The position numbers and the translations under genes were made by a program. From IMG/VR virus record IMGVR_UViG_3300000956_000071, positions 1 through 50,103 of that record: 50,103 bases of DNA; one strand, given 5' to 3'. Below, piece by piece: positions 1-7,240 of this stretch (position 1 is its first letter; the number at the start of each line of letters is the position of its first letter). The DNA is from a virus. Its lineage: Duplodnaviria; Caudoviricetes. A model generated the notes under the pieces. The model did not search any database. It worked only from the letters and a program-made list of their open reading frames with translations, and was not told the origin of the DNA.

Positions 1-235
1 AGCGTCAACGTGTTCGTTGACTGGTCCAAAGTCTATGTAGTTCAAATTTGTACAACTTCTCCCGAAGGGAGGCACCTCGGTGACCTGGGAGAACGTAGTA
101 ACTCATGTGAGGTGGGTCACACAGACATGGTTGATCGCCGCCTACCATGTCTAGATCAGGTTGAGAGCAGTTAGAACCTAGGAAACCATTAAAGGAAGGT
201 GAGGAGTCTATGCTTCTACCTTCTGTTAGTGGATA

Positions 236-449
236 GAGAGGCCCATAAAGGCCTCTCAATGAAAATTTGATAGATACATGTAAGTATTACTACATACAGT
301 TACTGATAACTACTGTATGTAAGGGCCAGTAAGGCCCTTATGAATAAATACATGTATCAGAGGCCCCTTAAGGGCCTCAATGAAGGTAATACTGGTATTA
401 ATCGCTACTAACGTAGCTCTTAATACTGCAACTGCCTAACGGCAGTTGC
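236..449. repeat. Cluster of inverted repeats in the non-coding left-end region
   Basis: GAGAGGCC-cataaa-GGCCTCTC (236-257); GATACATGTA/TACATGTATC (273-282/349-358); TACATACAGT/ACTGTATGTA (291-321); AAGGGCC-agtaa-GGCCCTT (321-339); GAGGCCC-cttaa-GGGCCTC (360-378); GCAACTGCC-taac-GGCAGTTGC (428-449). Confidence 0.85.
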
Positions 450-456
450 TATAGGG

Positions 457-777
457 GTGAAAGTTTTGAGAACTTCAGGTCACTGGAAGAAGTCTGACCG
501 CAAGGGAAGACTGCCAAAGAATTGGTTTAGTCTCCGCAAGAGAGTTCTCGTCAGAGACTCTCATCAGTGTCAGTCATCGAACTGTGGCCGAAGGGCCACA
601 GAAGTAGATCACATCGTCCGAGGGGACGATCATAGTCTCAGCAATCTTCAAAGTTTGTGCAGGGACTGTCACAGGGCTAAAAGCTCCCAAGAGGGAGTCA
701 TGGAACGTCAACGCAAGAGGGCGCTTGGAAAGCGAACTCCAGAGAAGCATCCTGGTCTCAGGAAGACCAGAAACTAA
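457..777 (+). CDS. HNH endonuclease (packaging-associated)
   Basis: C..CG..ATEVDHI...NLQSLCRDCH motif; directly upstream of small terminase. Confidence 0.9.
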   Translation: MKVLRTSGHWKKSDRKGRLPKNWFSLRKRVLVRDSHQCQSSNCGRRATEVDHIVRGDDHSLSNLQSLCRDCHRAKSSQEGVMERQRKRALGKRTPEKHPGLRKTRN

Positions 778-794
778 ACCACCCAGGAGGTGAC

Positions 795-1256
795 ATGGCA
801 GCATCAGTTAACAAGGCAAACGGACCTGTACCCAAGCGTTCGTCTGAGCGTGTTCGTACTCATGATGATGCTAGTATCGAGAAGGTCCAAGCTTTTGGTG
901 TTGTCAAGAAGCCTGACTTGGGTCTAGGGGATAATCCACACCCCATTATCACAGACTTCTGGAACTCTATCGGAGAATCAGCCCAGTCACGGTATTACGA
1001 ACCTTCCGACTGGCAATACCTTCGTGTGAGTCTCCACTTTTTGAACAAGCTTCTGAGTGTGGGTAACCCTTCTGCTCAGATGCTGACTGTTGTGAATCAG
1101 ATGCTGACTGATCTTCTGGTGTCAGAGGGATCAAGGCGCAGGGTTCGCATGGAGATTGAACGTGAACAGACCAAGGACAACGTTGTGAACATCTCAGATT
1201 ACTTCCGGGATCTCGCGTCCAAGAACGACCTTGGTGATATGTTCAACTATAGCTAA
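795..1256 (+). CDS. Terminase small subunit (L5 gp5-like)
   Basis: GPVPKRSSERVR N-terminus and YYEPSDWQ..LLVSEGSRRRVRMEIER motifs; CCAGGAGG RBS; position. Confidence 0.75.
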   Translation: MAASVNKANGPVPKRSSERVRTHDDASIEKVQAFGVVKKPDLGLGDNPHPIITDFWNSIGESAQSRYYEPSDWQYLRVSLHFLNKLLSVGNPSAQMLTVVNQMLTDLLVSEGSRRRVRMEIEREQTKDNVVNISDYFRDLASKNDLGDMFNYS

Positions 1257-1267
1257 CAACAAAGTTT

Positions 1268-1311
1268 CCTGGGTTGAGTCGGTGTTACTCTCCTTCCGCT
1301 GACTCCCCAGG
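1268..1311 (+). promoter_or_regulatory. Imperfect hairpin upstream of the endolysin (attenuator or terminator)
   Basis: CCTGGG..GAGTCGG ... CTGACTC.CCCAGG followed by ATTT. Confidence 0.4.
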
Positions 1312-1338
1312 ATTTAATCCAAGTGAGGAAACAGCCCC

Positions 1339-2082
1339 ATGGCACTCTGCCCATTCGCAGTACATGAGCTGTTGCCTGAAAACAACAGCCAGAACAGAAT
1401 CACCCCAACCACGGTTATTTGTCATCGTGCGGTTTCAAGCGCCAAGGACCTGTACGGTTACTGGAATTCTCCAGGAATTGTTCTAGAGTCCCACTTCTAC
1501 ATCAGCGAAGATGGAACCATCTATCAGTACATGGACACCAATGTTCGCGCTGATGCGAATGTGGATGCCAACGCGTTTGCAGTGTCTATTGAGACTTGGG
1601 ATGGCGGCAACACTCCCGACTCATGGGGGTGGAACCCAGCTCAGCTCAAGTCACTCAAGAGGCTGATCCTATGGGTCTGCAATGTCCACGGTATCAAGAA
1701 GGCTCCGGCCCAGACTTGGAACGGTGGAGGTATCGGCGGACACAACTGGTTCCCGGAACCTTGGGCAGACGGCCCTAGGGGATGTCCAGGCACCGCACGA
1801 AACGCACAACTACGCAATGAAATTATTCCTGCCGTCGCGGCGGGTGTTACGGAGGATGACGTGACTTGGGACGATGAGGCTCTAACGCTCAAGAACGGGG
1901 TGGTGATCACCTTCCGAGAGCTGTTTAAGTCCATGGACAACAACGGCAGTGAGGTACGGGATCGTCTACGCATCGTTGAGCAGAAGATTGACAACATCGT
2001 GGTAGGTGGAATCGACATTGACCTACTCGTAGCCAAGATTCTGGAAAAGCTTGATGTAGACCTAGTATCTCGTGGGTCCTAA
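1339..2082 (+). CDS. Endolysin, N-acetylmuramoyl-L-alanine amidase (Amidase_2)
   Basis: ICH..., SHFYI..DGTIYQY, SIET, GGH...CPG Zn-amidase motifs. Confidence 0.85.
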   Translation: MALCPFAVHELLPENNSQNRITPTTVICHRAVSSAKDLYGYWNSPGIVLESHFYISEDGTIYQYMDTNVRADANVDANAFAVSIETWDGGNTPDSWGWNPAQLKSLKRLILWVCNVHGIKKAPAQTWNGGGIGGHNWFPEPWADGPRGCPGTARNAQLRNEIIPAVAAGVTEDDVTWDDEALTLKNGVVITFRELFKSMDNNGSEVRDRLRIVEQKIDNIVVGGIDIDLLVAKILEKLDVDLVSRGS

Positions 2083-2144
2083 TGGACAAGTGCTTTTGCA
2101 ATATCTGCGAAAGGTACCACTCTCCTAAGTGTCCAGGAGGCTAA
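2082..2144 (+). CDS. 20-aa Cys/His microprotein MDKCFCNICERYHSPKCPGG
   Basis: TAATG overlap with lysin stop; CxxC-x3-H-x3-C. Confidence 0.5.
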   Translation: MDKCFCNICERYHSPKCPGG

Positions 2145-2219
2145 TTAAATACTTGTGCAGTAAAAAGATGTCTGCACGGGCCCTTGGAGTAGAGGGCTTC
2201 ATAATATTCTACTCCTCCG

Positions 2220-2294
2220 GTGGACAACGCCAGTAGGTAATAGGCACGGGGCTCATAACCCTGTATATGGCAGGTTCGAATCCTGCTGTCCGCA
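2220..2294 (+). tRNA. tRNA-Met (CAT)
   Basis: Cloverleaf; anticodon arm CGGGG-CTCATAA-CCCTG; T-arm GCAGG-TTCGAAT-CCTGC. Confidence 0.85.
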
Positions 2295-2296
2295 CT

Positions 2297-2371
2297 CTGT
2301 AGTTAGTTTAACGGCAAAACCCTAGGTTGTGACCCTAGAGTTACTCGGTTCAACTCCGGTACTACAGTCCA
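2297..2371 (+). tRNA. tRNA-His (GTG), atypical acceptor end
   Basis: CTAGG-TTGTGAC-CCTAG; acceptor CTGTAGT/ACTACAG; CCA encoded. Confidence 0.8.
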
Positions 2372-2443
2372 CGGAACTTAGCTCAGTGGGAAGAGCAACC
2401 GGTTGAAGCCCGGTGCGCGGCGGTTCGAATCCGTCAGTTTCGG
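2372..2443 (+). tRNA. tRNA-Phe (GAA)
   Basis: ACCGG-TTGAAGC-CCGGT; TAGCTCAG D-arm; GGTTCGAATCC. Confidence 0.9.
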
Positions 2444-2447
2444 CAAT

Positions 2448-2518
2448 GTGGCATTAGTGTATAGACTGCACGGCTGGCTTCCACCCAGCAAGAGGGAGTT
2501 TGATTCTCCCATGCTGCT
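2448..2518 (+). tRNA. tRNA-Gly (TCC)
   Basis: GCTGG-CTTCCAC-CCAGC; T discriminator. Confidence 0.85.
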
Positions 2519-2520
2519 CC

Positions 2521-2591
2521 GCCATATTAGCTCAACGGTAGAGCTCCTGTTTAGTAATCAGGTGATGAGGGTTCAATTCCTTCATGTGGCT
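2521..2591 (+). tRNA. tRNA-Thr (AGT)
   Basis: CCTGT-TTAGTAA-TCAGG; acceptor GCCATAT/ATGTGGC. Confidence 0.8.
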
Positions 2592-2595
2592 CTTT

Positions 2596-2667
2596 TGCTT
2601 GTTCGTCCAACTGGCAGGACATCTGGCTCTGAACCAGAAGACTGAGGTTCGAATCCTTGACAGGCAG
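2596..2667 (+). tRNA. tRNA-Gln (CTG)
   Basis: TCTGG-CTCTGAA-CCAGA; U1-A72, G73. Confidence 0.9.
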
Positions 2668-2750
2668 CAGGTAGGATTGTGGGTACGCTTCGAATAGTAA
2701 GAAACCCTCTGGCGGTTGGCTGGGTCCGGCATTAATCAAAAGCCAGCTTT

Positions 2751-2822
2751 GTTTACGTATCTCAATGGTAGAGGACCAGGTTGTCAACTTGGGAGATGTG
2801 GGTTCAAGTCCCATCGTAAGCG
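2751..2822 (+). tRNA. tRNA-Asp (GTC)
   Basis: CCAGG-TTGTCAA-CTTGG; G73. Confidence 0.9.
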
Positions 2823-2823
2823 C

Positions 2824-2896
2824 GCTTGTGTAGGCCATCTGGAGAGCCGCTAGATTTAGGTTCTAGTGCATGCAGGTTCGACTCCTGTCACAAGTA
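2824..2896 (+). tRNA. tRNA-Leu (TAG) with short variable loop
   Basis: CTAGA-TTTAGGT-TCTAG; 5-nt variable region; A73. Confidence 0.8.
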
Positions 2897-2991
2897 CTTA
2901 GTTGGCAGCTTAACTGCCTCAGTCCAGCGATGGCTACATACTCCTGCCCTTCAGTGTGGCTGGTGGTGATGCTGTATCGAGTGGCTGATAA

Positions 2992-3063
2992 GGGTCTTTG
3001 ATCCAAAGGAAACGATTCTTCCCTACGAAGGAAGCCATGGGGGTTCGAGTCCCTCAAGACCCA
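2992..3063 (+). tRNA. tRNA-Arg (ACG)
   Basis: CTTCC-CTACGAA-GGAAG; acceptor GGGTCTT/AAGACCC. Confidence 0.9.
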
Positions 3064-3162
3064 CGAGTTGGTAGTGCATACGTTAAACTACCCGTAGGTG
3101 GCTCGACGCGTCAGGTTGGCGGTTCATGTGCGCAGTGATCCGGATAACCAGAGGGCTAACAA

Positions 3163-3233
3163 TCCTGTATAGCATAAGGGCAATGCGGCGGACTGTTAAT
3201 CCGCTAATCTAGGTTCGAGTCCTGGTATGGGAG
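3163..3233 (+). tRNA. tRNA-Asn (GTT)
   Basis: GCGGA-CTGTTAA-TCCGC; G73. Confidence 0.9.
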
Positions 3234-3307
3234 CTGGCAGGCGTGCGCACAGCATCCGTTCGAATCGGACGTTTCTTTGTACCGTAAACGATATCCACGG
3301 AACACAG

Positions 3308-3381
3308 GCCTATCTAGCTCAATTGGTCAGAGCGTCTCCCTGATGAGGAGAAGGTACTAGGTTCAAAACCTAGGGTAGGTA
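3308..3381 (+). tRNA. tRNA-Ile (GAT)
   Basis: TCTCC-CTGATGA-GGAGA. Confidence 0.88.
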
Positions 3382-3460
3382 CAAGCTGCGTACTTCCCAG
3401 AACGTACGTAGAGACGGGTGGTACTGGACTATGGTGAGGCCAGTTTCGCGACCCTAACAA

Positions 3461-3531
3461 GCTTCCGTAGCTGAGGGGATTAGCTCGGGACTCTTAATCC
3501 TGAGACGTTGGTTCGATTCCAACCGGGAGTA
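3461..3531 (+). tRNA. tRNA-Lys (CTT)
   Basis: CGGGA-CTCTTAA-TCCTG. Confidence 0.9.
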
Positions 3532-3534
3532 CTT

Positions 3535-3617
3535 GGAAGCTAGCACGCGATGGTGCGTAAGCGGTCTTGAAAACCGTGCCGGGTGCAAGCCTGAGGGTTC
3601 GACTCCTTTAGTTTCCG
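3535..3617 (+). tRNA. tRNA-Ser (TGA)
   Basis: GCGGT-CTTGAAA-ACCGT; long variable arm; G73. Confidence 0.88.
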
Positions 3618-3620
3618 CTT

Positions 3621-3704
3621 GGAAGATGGATCAGCCGGTGCTGAAGTCGGATTGCTAATCCGATCCGGCGTTTCTCGCCGTGGGTTCAACTCCTACTTCT
3701 TCCG
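3621..3704 (+). tRNA. tRNA-Ser (GCT)
   Basis: TCGGA-TTGCTAA-TCCGA; long variable arm; G73. Confidence 0.88.
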
Positions 3705-3750
3705 CAGGTGGCCTTAAACGCGGCCTGTCTTAGGGCAGGTGGTCACACAT

Positions 3751-3819
3751 ATCAGTTGGGCTATGGTAGCCAAGCGGTCTCCAAAACCGTAGGACAGGGT
3801 TCAATTCCTTGAGCTGGTG
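3751..3819 (+). tRNA. tRNA-Trp (CCA)
   Basis: GCGGT-CTCCAAA-ACCGT; compact D-arm. Confidence 0.85.
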
Positions 3820-3820
3820 T

Positions 3821-3907
3821 ATGTCTAATTATGAAGGCACTGTCATCTGTCCGCGATGTGGTCGGGTAATCCCCACTGAATGTGATGGGAGTTGCTACAA
3901 GAAGTGA
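3821..3907 (+). CDS. 28-aa Zn-finger-like microprotein MSNYEGTVICPRCGRVIPTECDGSCYKK
   Basis: CPRCG knuckle plus CxxxC; GTGA overlap with next ORF. Confidence 0.55.
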   Translation: MSNYEGTVICPRCGRVIPTECDGSCYKK

Positions 3908-4020
3908 CTAGGGAAGTATGCGACCACAGTATGGGAAGCAGATTAGTCCTCGAAGATAAATGGTTGGTAGAACGCTGTAAGGGTTGCGGTGCAGAGATGG
4001 GGAGAGAATGGCAGGGGTAA
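3904..4020 (+). CDS. 38-aa Zn-finger-like microprotein (CDH...CKGCG)
   Basis: GTG start overlapping upstream TGA; CxH-x16-CxxC. Confidence 0.55.
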   Translation: MTREVCDHSMGSRLVLEDKWLVERCKGCGAEMGREWQG

Positions 4021-4079
4021 GTTACGTTGTGTATTGTGGTAAGTGTGGCAAGGTGCATGCTTACGATGTAGAGTGTTAG
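4008..4079 (+). CDS. 23-aa microprotein MAGVSYVVYCGKCGKVHAYDVEC
   Basis: GGGGAG RBS; CxxC-x3-H-x5-C. Confidence 0.5.
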   Translation: MAGVSYVVYCGKCGKVHAYDVEC

Positions 4080-4086
4080 AAATGAT

Positions 4087-4160
4087 CTGGCTGTAGCTCA
4101 GCTTGGTAGAGCCGCGCGTTTGGGGCGCGATGGTCGGGGGTTCAAATCCTCCCAGTCAGA
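4087..4160 (+). tRNA. tRNA-Pro (TGG)
   Basis: GCGCG-TTTGGGG-CGCGA; C1-G72, A73. Confidence 0.9.
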
Positions 4161-4190
4161 CGAGAGGGCCACTGCAACACTAGCCCTCAA

Positions 4191-4261
4191 GCCCTGTTAG
4201 TTCAATGGGAGAACGGCTGTCTTACACACAGCTCATGGCAGTTCGATTCTGTCACGGGGTA
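4191..4261 (+). tRNA. tRNA-Val (TAC)
   Basis: GCTGT-CTTACAC-ACAGC; A73. Confidence 0.9.
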
Positions 4262-4287
4262 CTTTATTGGTTTGAAAGGATGTATCA

Positions 4288-5541
4288 ATGCCACTACCAG
4301 CATCGGTACCAACCGGAACGGTATCCGGCACTTGGTACACGCCATCTGGCACTCTAGCCGTTGGTAAGATCGTCTTCCTTCTCAAGAACGAGATCGAAAT
4401 TCCTGATGATCCAGACGGGGTTGTAATCCCTGTCAGGCATGAAGTCACTGTCTCAGCCGGACAGCTCAATGCCACCCTTCCAGCCGGTTTTTATAACACA
4501 CTTGTGCGACTGTCTGAGCTCTACTACAAGCCCAAGGTGGTTGAGATCGTTGCTGGACAGAACCTTAACCTCCCGGACGCCATCGGAGTGGTTCCACCCG
4601 AAGAACTACTGACTCCGGTTCGTACGGTGAATGGCATCGGCCCTGATTCTTCGGGAAACATCGAGGTATCAGGCGGTGGCGGAGGATCTGTATCTTCTGT
4701 GTTCGGACGTACTGGTGCGGTAACGGCCCAGTCTGGTGACTACACCAAGGCGCAGGTAGGTCTATCCAACGTAGACAACACGTCCGATGCGGCCAAGCCG
4801 ATCTCTACTGCCACTCAGAATGCCCTAGACGACCTCCAGGACGATGTAGACGGCAAGGAGGCACTAGGTACCGCAGCGGCGGCTGTAGCGGCTCACGTAG
4901 CCCTCTCAGACCCCCATACGCAGTACGCTCTGGACTCCTCCTTAGCTCCAGTGGCTACCTCAGGTGCCTATAACGACCTTACCGGCAAGCCAACTATTAC
5001 ACCCTGGTTTGACAGCCTGGCTCGAAGGTTCGGGTGTAAGGCACTGACCATGAATCCACTGCTTCTCAGCCCGTCAGACCCCAAGTATATTGCTATGGCC
5101 AACCAGAGGCTGTACCAGTATTTCGTTGGAGTCCCGGCCGGAGAGACCATCACGGGTATCAAGATTCCTATTCAGGATCTCGGTGCTGGTGCTGGATCAC
5201 TGTGGTTTGGTGTGTACAACGCAGATCTGACCAAGCTGGGCGAAACCGCCAACGTGGCATCCTCGTTTACCGCAGGAGCTACGCAGGATTGGCGCACGGT
5301 ACCGCTTATCACTCCAGGTGTATCAACCGGAAACGGCGTGTGGGTTACCGCGCTGTCGACTCTGGACACCGGGCCACAGGTTGCGTTCTGTAATACCGCA
5401 CTTGCTTCCGATCTTCCATGGATTCTCAATGGCACCGGAAATCTGACTGCGGTTCGAACCGAAAGCGTTACTACTCTTCCATCTACTCTTAACCCATCTG
5501 GCGGACTCGAATACATCGATTTCGTCATCGGGATTTACTAA
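4288..5541 (+). CDS. Minor virion or fibre protein upstream of terminase
   Basis: VRTVNG, VSSVFGRTGAVT and VGLSNVDNTSD..KPIS fibre-type repeats; beta-rich C-terminus; cluster A-like position. Confidence 0.65.
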   Translation: MPLPASVPTGTVSGTWYTPSGTLAVGKIVFLLKNEIEIPDDPDGVVIPVRHEVTVSAGQLNATLPAGFYNTLVRLSELYYKPKVVEIVAGQNLNLPDAIGVVPPEELLTPVRTVNGIGPDSSGNIEVSGGGGGSVSSVFGRTGAVTAQSGDYTKAQVGLSNVDNTSDAAKPISTATQNALDDLQDDVDGKEALGTAAAAVAAHVALSDPHTQYALDSSLAPVATSGAYNDLTGKPTITPWFDSLARRFGCKALTMNPLLLSPSDPKYIAMANQRLYQYFVGVPAGETITGIKIPIQDLGAGAGSLWFGVYNADLTKLGETANVASSFTAGATQDWRTVPLITPGVSTGNGVWVTALSTLDTGPQVAFCNTALASDLPWILNGTGNLTAVRTESVTTLPSTLNPSGGLEYIDFVIGIY

Positions 5542-5560
5542 ACTATAAAGGGAGCACCTT

Positions 5561-7240
5561 ATGGGTTCGCCAGACCTGCTCCCTGCACCAAGTTTCATTG
5601 TCGGCCCAACCTGGCAGAGACTTGCGTCAGGGGGCTTTTACCTCCCAGAAAAGACTTTGGGGGACGGCATTGTCAACTGGATGTACGAATATCTGATTCA
5701 GCCTACTGGGCCTCGTGCAGGAGAGCCCTTCCTTGTCACACCTGAGCAGTACAGGTTCCTGTTGTGGTGGTATGCGGTTGACCCACATTCTGGAAGGTTC
5801 CGATACCGAAATGGTCTTCTGCGCAGGCTTAAGGGATGGGGTAAAGACCCCTTGGCAGCTGCAATGTCCCTGGCTGAGCTATGTGGGCCTGTCGCTTTCT
5901 CTCATTGGGATAGGGATGGAAATCCAGTAGGAAAGCCTAAGCCTGCCGCATGGGTACAGGTTGCCGCTGTGTCGCAGGATCAGACCCGAAACACTTTCAC
6001 TCTGTTTCCTGCCATGGCATCCAAGAAGATGCGTGAGGAATTCAAGCTAGAGCTGCACAAGACTCGTGTAGACGCTTTCGAGGGTTCCTGCTTTATCGAA
6101 GCTGTAACATCCTCTCCACTGTCTCTTGAAGGTAAGCGCCCGACATTTGTTATCAAGAACGAGACTCAGTGGTGGGTTGAAGCCAACTCAGGCCATGAAA
6201 TGGCCAATGTCATTGCAGGTAACGTCACCAAGGGTGCATATGGTGTATGTAGGTCATTGTCCATCTGTAACGCCCATCGTCCTGGCGAAGAGTCAGACGC
6301 TGAACGAGATTGGGACGCCTTTCAGGCTGTACAAGCGGGAGAGGCCCCGGACAACGGATTTCTTTACGATGCCCTAGAGGCTCCTCCTGACACGCCTGTA
6401 GGCGAGATTGCCGACCTGATCGAGGATGAAGAGGCTTACCAGGAGGCACTGAGCCGACTTCGTCGGGGTCTGATCATTGCACGTGGCGACGCCGAATGGC
6501 TGGATGTAGATATCATCCTGGAATCCATTCTCGATATCCGTAATGATGTGACCGAGTCTCGCCGCAAGTTTCTCAACCAGATCAACGCCGCTGAAGATGC
6601 GTGGATTTCGCCAAGGGAATGGGATCGTGCCTATGTGGCAGGTCTTCGTCCTCTTCAGGCCGGAGATCGAGTCACGCTCGGGTTCGATGGGTCTAAGTCT
6701 CAGGACTGGACTGCACTGGTTGCCTGCCGTGTGGATGACGCGGCCATTTTCCCGGTCAAGGTATGGGATCCTGAGAAGTACGGCGGCGAGGTGCCGCGCG
6801 AAGACGTGAACAACACTGTCGACTGGGCTTTCAGTAACTACGACGTGGTTGCCTTCCGGTCAGACGTTCGAGAATTTGAAGCATATGTGGACCAGTGGGG
6901 CGCTAAGTATGGCAAAAAGCTAAAGATTAAGGCCACTCATAAGCACCCTGTTGCGTTTGACATGCGATCCAATATCAAGAACTTCACACTGGATTGTGAG
7001 AGGTTCCAGGACGCTGTTCTTGAACAGGAAATCTGCCATGCAGGCTCTCCGGTTCTCAAGCGTCATATCAACAACGCAGTAATGCGTCCAAACAACTTTG
7101 GCATCTCAATTAGCAAGGCCACCAAGGACTCTGGTCGGAAGATCGACGCGGCTGTCTGTGCTGTGCTGGCTTTCGGTGCCCGACAGGAGTTCCTGATGAG
7201 CAAGAACAATAAGGGTAGGGGGGTGACGATTCTAAGGTAA
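5561..7240 (+). CDS. Terminase large subunit
   Basis: RLKGWGKD Walker A; VAAVSQDQT; LGFDGS and KIDAAV nuclease motifs. Confidence 0.95.
   Translation: MGSPDLLPAPSFIVGPTWQRLASGGFYLPEKTLGDGIVNWMYEYLIQPTGPRAGEPFLVTPEQYRFLLWWYAVDPHSGRFRYRNGLLRRLKGWGKDPLAAAMSLAELCGPVAFSHWDRDGNPVGKPKPAAWVQVAAVSQDQTRNTFTLFPAMASKKMREEFKLELHKTRVDAFEGSCFIEAVTSSPLSLEGKRPTFVIKNETQWWVEANSGHEMANVIAGNVTKGAYGVCRSLSICNAHRPGEESDAERDWDAFQAVQAGEAPDNGFLYDALEAPPDTPVGEIADLIEDEEAYQEALSRLRRGLIIARGDAEWLDVDIILESILDIRNDVTESRRKFLNQINAAEDAWISPREWDRAYVAGLRPLQAGDRVTLGFDGSKSQDWTALVACRVDDAAIFPVKVWDPEKYGGEVPREDVNNTVDWAFSNYDVVAFRSDVREFEAYVDQWGAKYGKKLKIKATHKHPVAFDMRSNIKNFTLDCERFQDAVLEQEICHAGSPVLKRHINNAVMRPNNFGISISKATKDSGRKIDAAVCAVLAFGARQEFLMSKNNKGRGVTILR

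Noticed and set aside
2824-2896. Amber suppressor tRNA or genome recoding
   Set aside because: Anticodon TAG reads CUA (Leu); TAG, TGA and TAA all end genes normally in this window.
2403-3057. ORF-track ORFs overlapping the tRNA array
   Set aside because: They coincide with well-formed tRNA cloverleaves and have no protein motifs.
4162-4190. tRNA-Cys remnant (loop contains CTGCAAC)
   Set aside because: It is only a single short hairpin with no D or T arm, so the match is probably chance.
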